Shown: in pieces, positions 22,402 through 32,920 of the stretch
How positions within the stretch are numbered: position 1 is the first letter of the stretch
Layout of the letters: every line of letters starts with the position of its first letter
Assembly (NCBI RefSeq): GCF_964204645.1
Contig: NC_134030.1
Span: 14,694,110 to 14,758,109 of the forward strand
DNA: 64,000 nucleotides
Direction: 5' to 3'
Source: Tubulanus polymorphus
Lineage: Eukaryota; Animalia; Nemertea
Translations under genes and position numbers: made by a program
Notes under the pieces: generated by a model
What the model saw: the letters and a program-made list of their open reading frames with translations, nothing else
Database searches by the model: none
What the model was told of the DNA's origin: nothing

Positions 22402-25400
22402 ATGGAAGCAAATAAGTACTACTGTCCAACATGTAATATCAATATAGATAAATCCCAAAAATCAAGACACAATAAAACTAAAACACATTTAGAGAATAAA
22501 TTGAAACTAGAATATAAAGATGATATATTAGAAACTAAATTAGATGAATTAAAGAATGAAAAAGAAACATATGAATGTGATACATGTAATCAATCATTCA
22601 GTGATAAAAGATATTATAATGAACATTTAAAATCTAAAAGTCATATTAGAAACATGAACAATGATATTTTAGGTGAGGATTATTTTGATAATGATAACGA
22701 TAAGAAACATAGACAATTAAAAGAATAAGAAATGAATTAAACAATAAAAGACCATACATGGAAGATGTAAGAAATTATATTAATTCATTAGATAATAGAA
22801 AAGATATAGAGATAACCGAAGCATTTAAAAGTGATATTGGCCCAGCAGCTATTGAGTTTAAATTTCATAAAGGAAAAACATTAGAAGAAAATAAAAAACA
22901 TTTAGAAAATATGAAAAATATTATAAAAATAATTACAGATGTTAAATACCCTAAAATAAGTATATCAGTTAAAGTAAAGTTTATAAAATCTGAAGATAAA
23001 CCAATATATAATATAAATTCTCATTCGCAACATATTATATCTAAACAACATATAGATGATAAATTAGATAAATGTTATAATGAAATAAAAACTAAAATAG
23101 AAGAGAAACATTTTGAAGGATCTGGTTTAATATTTGATGAAATAATATTTATGACTTTACATGTGTATAACACAAAATATAATAAGTTAACTAAATCAAA
23201 ACCAATTGATGATAATAATTTATCATATTATAAAGAACCAGATATTGAAGCATCGAGTTATATTAAACTACCACTTAAAACTAATGCTGTAATAAATGTA
23301 CAAAATTTTGATGATAAATGTTTTCTATGGACAATTATAAGTTGCTTACATCCAACAGAAGATATTACACATAGTTTTAGATTAACTCATTATAAACCAT
23401 TTGAAAATAATTATAAGATAGATAAGTATCCTGTTAGAATTAAAAACATCCAAAAAATAGAAAGAGATAATAATATAAAGATAAATGTGTTTGATTTACT
23501 CAAATTACCAAATACAAAAGGTAACAATATAAAACATTATACATTAGAACCTTTATATCTATCAAAAGATTATGATTCAAACGATGTTATAGATATATTA
23601 TATTATGAGAATCATTATGTGTGGATTAAAAGAATTGATTTATTTTTTAAATCAGAAAATGATTTTGATAATAAAATATATCTATGTAGAAAATGTTTAC
23701 ATAAATTGAGAACTGAAAATGCATTATCAAATCATAAACAATTATGTGAAAATCATGATTATTGTAAATTAATTTTACCAAATGAAAAGGATAAAATATT
23801 AGAATTCAAAAAATATGATTACAAAAATAAAGTACCATTTGTAATATATGGAGATTTTGAATCATTAAATAAAGAATTAACTGATCAAGATAGAAAAGAA
23901 ATATATTATAAAAGAAAGAAATTAAATTCTAATGAAAATGATTTTTCAGATGAACCACCAAAAACAAATACTATTAAAAAGATTCATCAATCAGCTGCAG
24001 CTTTTGGATTATATATAAAATCTGATTATCCAGAACTAATTGAAAGTGAATATTATGATTATAGAAATGAAAATGTTATCAAACATTTTTGTGACTTATT
24101 AATTCAATATGAAATAAGATTTAGTAAATTATTGAATACAAATAAAGAAATTATAATGACAGAAGAAGATAAAGAAGAATTTGCGTTTTCAGGTAAATGT
24201 TATTATTGTGAAAAGATATTTAATTATAAAGATAAAAAAGTTAGAGACCATGATCATTTGAACGGAAAGTTTAGAGGCGCTGCGCATGAGAATTGTAACT
24301 TACAAGCTAAGAAAATTAACTTTGTACCAGTTATATTTCATAATCTATCAGGATATGATGCACATTTATTCATCAAACAGTTATGTCATAAAATAGAAGA
24401 AATTAATAATGAAATAGAAAGATTAAATTCAAATAGATCAAAAGATAAAATACCAACTTATAAATTTAAAATGTTAGCTAGAACATCTGAGAATTATATA
24501 TCATTCCAATTTGGTTGCCTAAGATTTATAGATTCATATAGATTTTTAAATAGTTCATTAGATAACTTATCAAAATCATTAGTTGATGATGAATTAAAAA
24601 TATTAAAGCAACACTATCCAAATAATGATGATTTCCAATTAATGAGATATAAAGGAGCGATTCCATATTCTTTCTATAAAAATCATAATGATTTCAAAAT
24701 AACTGAACTTAAAAAGGAACAATTTTATGATGAATTAAAAAATGGACATGTTAAAGATGGAGTTTTTGAAAGAACGATTAATATATGGAATCATTTTAGA
24801 ATAAAAAAACATGGTAAAAATTAGTAGATTTGTATCTAAAATCTGATGTTTTATTATTATCGGATATATTTGAAAGGTTTAGAGATGTAAACCTAAAATA
24901 TTTTAACATTGATCCTTGTCATTGTTATTCATCACCAGGTTTAACATGGGATTGTGGATTAAAATTTACAGATATAAAAATGGATTTGTTAACAAATATA
25001 GATCAATTACTATTATTTGAAAAATCTTTAAGAGGAGGAGTTTCAGGTGTATTAGGCGACAGATATTTCAATGTAAATGATAACCCTGGATATAAGTTAT
25101 TATATATAGATGCAAATAATCTATATGGTTGGGCAATGATGGAACCTCAACCTTATGGAGTATTTGAAATAAGTGAAGTTTTACAACATGAAAATAATGA
25201 TAAATTTGATTGGAAGAAAAGAATTCTAGATGTTGCAGATGATTCAGATACTGGTTACCTCTTTGTTGTAGATTTAGAATATCCTGAACATATAAAATTT
25301 GAATCTAGAAATCTAGCATACTGTCCCGAACATAAAACTGTAACTCATGAAGAACTATCAAATTATCAAGAAAGAATTAAACCCGAAAATCATATTCATA

Positions 25401-26233
25401 CAGAAAAAGTAATGCTAACTCAAGAAGATAAATATAATTATGTAGTACATTATAGAATGTTGAAGTTTTATCTAAAACAAGGAATGATTCTAAAAAAGTA
25501 CATAGATATATTTCATTTAGTCAATCTAAGTGGTTAGCAAAATATATAGATTTTAACACCAAACAGAGAACTGAAGCTAAAACTGATTTCGAGAAAGATT
25601 TCTTCAAGTTAATGAATAATGTATTCTATGGTAAGACTTGTGAAAATATTAGAAATAGAAATGATATTGAGTTAGTTAGTAATCGTAAAAGGATAAGGCA
25701 TTTACAATCATATCCTAAGTCTTTAGGTAAAAACTAATAACATAACAGATGATTTAAAAACATTAAAACATCATTTTGATTTTAGTAACTATCCTAAAGA
25801 TCATGAATTGTTTAGCAATGATAATAAAATTCCTGGTAAATTCAAAGATGAATTAGGTGGTGAAGAAATGATTGAATTCATCGGTATTAGATCTAAAATG
25901 TATTCATATAAAACTAAAGAACATGAAGCTAAAAAGTTAAAAGGAATAACCAAAAGTGTAGTAGAAAAGAATATTCATTTCAAAGATTACATCAATTGTA
26001 TATTCAATGAAGAAGTTAGAAAACATAAGATGAGATGTTTAAGATCTGAAAATCATGAAATGTTTATTGAAGAAATTGAAAAGATAAGTCTAAACCCATT
26101 TGATGATAAAAGATATATTTTAGATGATGGAATTCATACAGTTGCTTATGGTTGTAATTTAGATGAATACTTAAAATTTAAAAGAGAAGAAACAAAAGAG
26201 AAGGAAATGATGAATAGGATTATAACGTGTTAA
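22402..26233 (+). pseudogene. polB: Protein-primed family B DNA polymerase polyprotein (2x C2H2 ZnF, terminal-protein region, vOTU-like protease, exonuclease with HNH insert, polymerase), frameshifted
   Basis: Exo I VIYGDFES, HNH/endoVII CYYC...RDHDH..GKFRGAAH..CN, Exo II FHNLSGYDAH, FIDS, YLKSDVLLL, motif A YIDANNLYGWAM, motif B FKLMNNVFYGKT, GKFKDE, FIGIRSKMY, DDKRY. Frameshifts at about 22715, 24820 and 25495. Motif C (DTDS) region deleted at about 25735. Confidence 0.95.
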
Positions 26234-26262
26234 TCAAATTTTAATAAAAATATGTATTATAA

Positions 26263-26616
26263 ATGGAGAGTAAACAAGCAAACAGTGAGAACAACAAATT
26301 ATTTCTAGATAGAATAAAAGATACTTCAAATGTCAAATCAGTAGCTTATAAATTTAAGAAGTTAAAAGAATTAACAATCCATAAGAAATATCTAATTACA
26401 GATATTGTTACAGTTACTAACAAATATGGAGATAAATTAGTTATACACTTAGAATATGAAGGATTAAAAGGAAATACATATAAATTCAGAACATATTTAC
26501 CAGATAGATTTCATAGATTATCAAGTGAAGATGTAGAAGAATTATGTTCTGGAGATTTCTATTTCGTATACAAAGGTAAGAATGAAAAGGGGCACCACGA
26601 AATAGATTTCGAATAA
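26263..26616 (+). CDS. Small Polinton-associated protein, putative OB-fold/ssDNA-binding (copy 2)
   Basis: Intact 117-aa ORF, paralogue of 12751-13107. Confidence 0.7.
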   Translation: MESKQANSENNKLFLDRIKDTSNVKSVAYKFKKLKELTIHKKYLITDIVTVTNKYGDKLVIHLEYEGLKGNTYKFRTYLPDRFHRLSSEDVEELCSGDFYFVYKGKNEKGHHEIDFE

Positions 26617-26630
26617 AATATGTAAAATAA

Positions 26631-27387
26631 ATGGTAAAATTAAAAGAATACAGAATATTTGCAGATTATAGAAGACTTACAAATTATAAATCTCATAATT
26701 TACTAGTACAATTAGATAGAGAATTTAAGAATTGTGTTGATTTAAAATTAGTTAATATAAGTTTATGTAATTGTTTTTACAATGTATCGGATAAAACTAT
26801 TGAACATAGTCTTTTTAATTCATGATAGAAATAAAAGTAAATGGTTTCATCTTTATCTTAAACCAGGATTATATAATTTAGATACATTAGCGCAGGAAAT
26901 TAATAGAAGAGCTCGGTTGAAAATGGGTGCATCTGCTGGATTTGGATTAAGACTGATTAAAAGTGATAGCTCCGATAAAATAAGAATAAAATTGGGTAAT
27001 GAAGATCAACATCAATTTCTAGTTAAGAAACCATTAGCTAGAATTTTAGGAATAACTCCAGATGTAGGGATACGGAATGCTGATGCTACACCAAACTTAA
27101 TACCTTTTACACACTTTTATATTCATTGCAATTTAATTGATCCTACAAAAACATTCGAAGCAACTAAAGATATAACTTGTAATTCTGGTTTACTAAACAT
27201 TTTACCATTGAAGAATGTTAAAGAATTTGGAACGAAAATAAATTATAATTTAGCCGAGTGTGATTTTAAACCATGCATTCCTAAATTTAATAATTTTAAA
27301 TTAGAAATAAGAAATCATAATGGATACTTAATTGATTTGAATAACTTTCCTGTAATTTATGAATTAGTTATAAGATGTAGAGAGTAA
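26631..27387 (+). pseudogene. Putative minor capsid (penton, single jelly-roll) protein, one frameshift
   Basis: ORFs 26631-26825 and 26782-27387 join into one gene. Motifs FYNVS, L.PGLYN, YIHCNLID and C-terminal IRNHNGYLIDLNNFPVIYELVI resemble Polinton pentons. Confidence 0.7.
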
Positions 27388-27404
27388 TTTTTTTCACTAT
27401 ATAA

Positions 27405-27746
27405 ATGAATATAACTGTTGGACCGAGTATATGTTTTGGGTTTGATTTTAAACATGGTAAAGAAATAAGAATTAAACTAAATGATGTAATTACTGATATA
27501 AAAAGTAAATCATTTAACAATGCATCAATGATTAATAAAGAAAATTATAATATAGAAAAAGTAATTGATTTAATTAAAACGCCTTTAGAATATTATGGAT
27601 TAAATGAAGATGGAATTATTGATGATATTAAAAACAAATTAACCAAAATATATGATAATCATAAAAGTAGTAATGAAATAAATGTTGAAATAATCATAAA
27701 TAAGATAACTAAATATTTCGATGATAGTAATTTTTTTGATAAATAA
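27405..27746 (+). CDS. Hypothetical viral protein
   Basis: Intact 113-aa ORF starting at TAAATG within the viral gene run. Confidence 0.6.
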   Translation: MNITVGPSICFGFDFKHGKEIRIKLNDVITDIKSKSFNNASMINKENYNIEKVIDLIKTPLEYYGLNEDGIIDDIKNKLTKIYDNHKSSNEINVEIIINKITKYFDDSNFFDK

Positions 27747-27968
27747 ATGAGTGATAATAAGTGGATAATAACTGGATTATATAATGGAGCATTACTATCA
27801 GTTGGAACTGTTGGTTATTCAATGGTATTAAAAAAAGTATTTAAAATGGGAAGTGTTAATGTTGATAGATTTGATATAAATGATATCTTAAAATTAACAT
27901 TAGCAGTTACTTTATCTAATTTAACTATTGATTATTTGGAAAAACAAAAATATATTCCTCCTATATAA
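27747..27968 (+). CDS. Small hydrophobic viral protein
   Basis: 73 aa with two hydrophobic segments; TAAATG start. Confidence 0.65.
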   Translation: MSDNKWIITGLYNGALLSVGTVGYSMVLKKVFKMGSVNVDRFDINDILKLTLAVTLSNLTIDYLEKQKYIPPI

Positions 27969-27992
27969 ATACATAATTATTTTACTAAATAA

Positions 27993-28195
27993 ATGGCTTC
28001 TGCAGTTATAACTATTATAGGATCGGCAATTGTTAACGCTTTAGCATTTACTGGTGGCACTTATTTATTTAAACATATAAACCTAAATTATCAGATTATT
28101 ATACTCCAAGTAAAGAACAACAGAAATATGAAATAATATGGATTCTAGGTGGAACAGTTATTGTTATATTTGTAGCATACAAATTTACTTATTAA
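27993..28195 (+). pseudogene. Small membrane protein, apparently internally deleted
   Basis: MASAVITIIGSAIVNALAFTGGTYLF joined out of frame to PKLSDYYTPSKEQQKYEIIWILGGTVIVIFVAYKF; TAAATG start. Confidence 0.55.
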
Positions 28196-28220
28196 TTATT
28201 TATTATTTTTTTCTAAATAA

Positions 28221-28649
28221 ATGGAAGATAAAGTTGATAATATTGATATTATTCCTCATGATATAAATAAAACTAAATTAAAAACATATTTAGAAAAACA
28301 AATATTAGAATTTGAAAGTGACTTAAAATTAAAAAGAAAAAATATTTAAAAAGTAAAATTATATATTATCTTATTATTAGTGGTTCGGTTACAATTAGTT
28401 CTGTAATAACATTTTCAGCAATATTCAGCCCATTAACACCTTTAGCTATATCAATTGGTGTGTTAGGATTATCATCAAGTGTTTTAACTGGTATAAGTTC
28501 AAAATATAAAAAGTAATAAAGAAAAGATTAAAACTAATATAAAAGAAATTAATAAATTGAAGAATACACTAGATAATATAATAAGTTTAAATGGTCATTT
28601 AACAGTTGAAGAACAAGATAAATTATTAAAAGAATTAATAAATTATTAA
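28221..28649 (+). pseudogene. Two-TM membrane protein, frameshifted
   Basis: MEDKVDNID..., then KIIYYLIISGSVTISSVITFSAIFSPLTPLAISIGVLGLSSSVLTGISSKY after a slip in an A-run. Confidence 0.55.
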
Positions 28650-28665
28650 TTTTTTTATTATATAA

Positions 28666-29988
28666 ATGGTAGATAGTTTTCCAAAAAGCTTTCCAATATA
28701 ATAAATCAATTAAATATAATATTCCAGCAATAGATTTTAATAATATTCCAGTAATAGATATTACATATAGAAATGAAGTTTTAATTTCATAAATTGATTT
28801 ATATATTTATGTTACTGAAAGTAATAATTTTCATGTAAAGATGAAAAATATATTTCATGTGTATACAATTCAAATGAGGCAAAACAATGGTTATTAAAAT
28901 CTAATATGAAGTATAGGCAGAACCAATTAAATTTTGCTGTTTATTGCGCAACAACAGGATGTGGAATAAGTTGGAATGATCATTTAAACAAACCAAGTTT
29001 ACCATTGATGTTATCACTCTTTAGATTTCATACTTATTCTCAAATAAAATTAATATTAGATGAATTAGAATGTCATTTACCAGGTTCAAAATATTTTAAA
29101 GAATTGAATAATAATATTAATTTGTCTAAGTTTTATGAAATATGTAATGAATTAAATATTAATTCAAATAAAGATTTTAGAGCAAAAATTGGAACAATGG
29201 GTGGATTAGGAATATTATATACTAAAGAATTTGGAAAAATAATGACAAATTCAGATATAACAACACTAAATTGGAATGAATTACCAAAATATTATAATAA
29301 TATACAACAACAAAACAATAATGGTTGGGTTAATTTCTTTTTTGAAAATAGTGAAGGTTTTACAAAATCAGGTATACAAAGAATAAATCAATCTATTAGA
29401 ACTTATTTGATATGTATTTTAGGTGCGCAAGTTAAAACAAGATCACCAATAGTTGGAAATGATAAAACTTCATTCGATGCGCAGAAACAATTCAAAGTAT
29501 TATTTGAAGATTCAATTCATAATGATAAAAATAGATCGATTCCAGAAAACATCGTAATATATCAAAATTATTTAGATAAATCACATATTAGATTAAATTA
29601 TTGTATAGGCCCTAATCTATTAATTATTTCTAATGATTTAGTATTAAAGATGGGAAATATAATTGGTTATAATAATCTAATTAAAACTGCAACAATAAAT
29701 AATTCATTTGGATTAAATGATATTAATAAAAAGATTATTACTGCTCCAAAATTAATGGAAGGTGAAAAAAATAAAAAACATATTCAATCAACAGAAACTA
29801 AAACTAAGAATATCAAATTAAATAATGATTCTAAACCGGATTATAATACATCAGAAAATATTAAAACTGATAATATTCAACATGATATACTTAAACTAAA
29901 TGATGATAATAAATCCCATGAAAATACTTAATTAGCTATAACTTGTATAGGAATTGTAATAGGAGGAATATTATATTTTAAATTCTAA
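28666..29988 (+). pseudogene. Viral protein with C-terminal TM anchor, frameshifted at both ends
   Basis: TAAATG start with ATG at 28666. Core ORF 28906-29931 (QLNFAVYCATTGCGIS...YLICILGAQ). Shifted tail LAITCIGIVIGGILYFKF*. Confidence 0.6.
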
Positions 29989-30004
29989 TTTTTTTATTAT
30001 GTAA

Positions 30005-31468
30005 ATGGCAGAAGGAGGTGGAGAAGATTATGAAATGGAAAACAAGGGAAATAATGATGATGCCAATACTACCGATGATGATTATGTGTCTGCTGATACT
30101 AATATTGATAATGATGATGAATCAGCATATAATTCTAATTCTAATTTAGCAGATAGTGGTTCTAAAGCCCCATCAACAGAGGAACATGATAGAAGAACTA
30201 GATCGAGAATAGCTCCTGAAAATTTAAATCCAGATTTAGAAAAAGAAAATATAGAAAATAATGAATTTATATATAATTTCCAACCTGTATTTGAAGATTC
30301 TGGATATAATATAAATGCCAGAGGCGCCAGACTTTTAGTACAAGATTTGAAATATTTAGATGGTGAATATCATTATCATTTGAAAGATGATTATTATATC
30401 AATATCACTTATAAAAATCAAAATATAATATTAGCAGAATCAACTTTGAGAAAATTAGAAACATTTAGAATTAAAAGAATAAGTAATAGTAATGAACTAG
30501 AAGATGTAACAAAAGAAGAAATAAATCAAAATAAAAGAGTATTTAAACAAAGAATTAATAAATTATTTGAAACAATCGATAATAATTTAGAACCAGAATC
30601 AACTTCTGAACAGAATAAAACTTCCAAAACTAGTAAAATTAAATCAAACGGAGTTCAAACTGAAAAACTTTTACCGAATGGACTACTTGATGCAACAGAT
30701 CAAGAAATAGAAGCTTTTAGTATGTTTTCTAAAAAAGCAATTAGAGAAATAATAAGTATACGAAATGAAGCTGATAAAATTGCGCGCGAAAAAAATATTA
30801 GATATAATAAAATTAAACCTTTAGAAAATAAATTATTTGACACCAGAAAAGAATTAGAACAATTAAAATTAGATAGAGAATTTAAAGTTATTGAAGAAAT
30901 TGAATTTAAAAAAAGAAATTCATATTTAGAAAAAGAAATTGATGATTTAGAATATAACATAGAATTTCAGAAAGAAAAAATGAAATTATTATTAAAATCA
31001 TATGATTATTGTATTAATAGATTAAAAGTTGTTGTTAAAGAGTAAATACTAAAACCAAATTCTGACATATCACTAAAAGATAGAATAAAATTATTATTTA
31101 AGTTTGAAGGGATAACAATTCTTTCAAATCTAACAGCCGTAACTATGTTATTTACAACAATTGGTTTAGCTGTATCAAATGCTTTAAAATCTACTCCTAC
31201 TCCCAATAAACCAAATAAACCCCCGAATGATAATAATTCTATACAAGATAAAGTTAAAGATGGTTTAAAGAAATTAGCAAAATATTTATGGGAACTATCT
31301 AAAAAATCTGCTGCAGCATTACCAGGAATTATTGCATCAATTGTTGGTTTTATATTGAAATCTGCAGGAAACATTATCAACTTTGCTGCTGAACATATTA
31401 TTTTATTTTTAATTACAGTTGTAAGTGCTATTATTTTTGGGTAAGTAAACATAATCAAAAATAAATAA
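30005..31468 (+). pseudogene. Acidic / coiled-coil / multi-TM viral protein with in-frame nonsense codons
   Basis: ORFs 30005-31045 and 31145-31444 share a frame, separated by one TAA. Hydrophobic and amphipathic C-terminus (ALPGIIASIVGFILKSAGNIINFAAEHIILFLITVVSAIIF). Confidence 0.65.
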
Positions 31469-31488
31469 TTAATTTTTTTGTTAAATAA

Positions 31489-31668
31489 ATGAGTGGGAGT
31501 TATATAAGTCCTTCTAAGATTTCTAGAATATCTAATGCTATTAAAGCAGAAAGATCACGCCATCTAATAATTACTCATAACCCTTCAAATATTAATCCCG
31601 ATGAAACTTTATATGTTAGAATTCCTCGATTAACACAAAATACTTTTTACGTTCCAAATAGTATTTAT
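31489..31668 (+). pseudogene. Major capsid protein N-terminus (double jelly-roll type), truncated
   Basis: IKAER...IITHNPSNINPDETLYVRIP.L......VPNS resembles adintovirus-type MCP N-termini; ends abruptly. Confidence 0.6.
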
Positions 31669-31671
31669 GGA

Positions 31672-31765
31672 GGGAAAAAAGTATTCTTTGGTGAAATATA
31701 AAGGATATGATGATAAATTTAATGAATGGATTTTATCTAGTAAAATTAAAAGTATAAATGAATAA
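31672..31765 (+). pseudogene. Chromodomain C-terminus, probably the end of a Polinton rve integrase
   Basis: Alternative frame reads KYSLVKYKGYDDKFNEWILSSKIKSINE*, matching the chromodomain YLVKWKGY...N.W pattern. Confidence 0.65.
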
Positions 31766-32369
31766 AGATTTATTTATATTTGAACCGCATAATATGTTAG
31801 TTACTGGGGTAACAAACTGTGGTAAAACACAATTCATAGTAGATTTGTTAGAAACTGTATATAAGAATTATTTTGATAATATAATATTATTCTGCCCCAC
31901 TTATGAAATGAATAAAACATATAATAGAGATATAGCTAAGATAAAAAAGTTTATTACAATAGATCCTAAAGCAGTAAAAGAAAATTTAGATAATTGTATA
32001 AAAATAGCAATTGATACTTATAAAGGATCAAATACATTATTCATTATAGATGATTGCGCTAATTTACACAATTCAAAAGTCAGAGAAACTGAGTTATGTT
32101 ACCTAGCTTTCTCTGGGAGACATTTTGGGATAACAACATGGGTTTTAAATCAAAAATATAATTCAATTGTTAAAGACTTTAGGGAAAATATAAGATTTCT
32201 AGTTTTATTTTATAACAAAGATAGAAAATCTATGCAACAATCATTGGAAGAAAATCAAATTATACCTACTGAGTTACATGATGAATATATGAATAAATTA
32301 AAGAATAATAAAGGTTCAAAATTATTACTGAGACTACAATTTCCATATGAATATAAATTTATAAAATAA
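31758..32369 (+). CDS. A32/FtsK-like genome-packaging ATPase
   Basis: Walker A GVTNCGKT, Walker B LFIIDD, and GRHFGITTWVLNQKY; intact 203 aa. Confidence 0.92.
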   Translation: MNKDLFIFEPHNMLVTGVTNCGKTQFIVDLLETVYKNYFDNIILFCPTYEMNKTYNRDIAKIKKFITIDPKAVKENLDNCIKIAIDTYKGSNTLFIIDDCANLHNSKVRETELCYLAFSGRHFGITTWVLNQKYNSIVKDFRENIRFLVLFYNKDRKSMQQSLEENQIIPTELHDEYMNKLKNNKGSKLLLRLQFPYEYKFIK

Positions 32370-32551
32370 CTATTTATATACCTATGTATTAGATACCCTA
32401 ATACCTGATACCCTATTGTATACCCTAATACCTACCTATGTATTAGATACCCTATTAGATACCTTAATACTTAAAACCCCATTTTTTATTTACTATTATT
32501 TTATACAATTTTCAACCAATATTATTATTTGAGTTAAATATAATTAATATC

Positions 32552-32920
32552 TTAATCACTTTCACTATCAGACCCTAACAATTTATTCAAACTCTCTACC
32601 GTATCATCATCAATAGTTGTTTTATTGAACTTATTCATCCTTTCTACCGCATCATCAATAGTTTCTTCTTTATCTTTCACCAAAAGTGTGTCCACATAAT
32701 CTTTAATATCAATATGCTTATCTGTAACTATATTTTCATTATCATCTTTCTTAGTGTTTGCTCCTAATATTTCATTTACAATGTTTGATCCTAATATTTT
32801 ATTAGCATCGGTTAAATCTAATTCATCTTTATTAGGTGTTGCTAATAATCTTCATATAATTCTTTACCATTTACTTTTTTATTTGAAACAAACTTTGTAA
32901 CATATTTAAATGGGTAATGG
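32552..32920 (-). pseudogene. 3' part of an acidic viral protein on the right arm
   Basis: Minus-strand frame LLATPNKDELDLTDANKILG...ESLNKLLGSDSESD*, joined upstream to truncated polB C. Confidence 0.45.

Noticed and set aside
30700-31458. Minus-strand ORFs 30700-30960 and 31006-31458
   Set aside because: Antisense to the viral membrane gene, with no TAAATG-type start or recognisable motifs.
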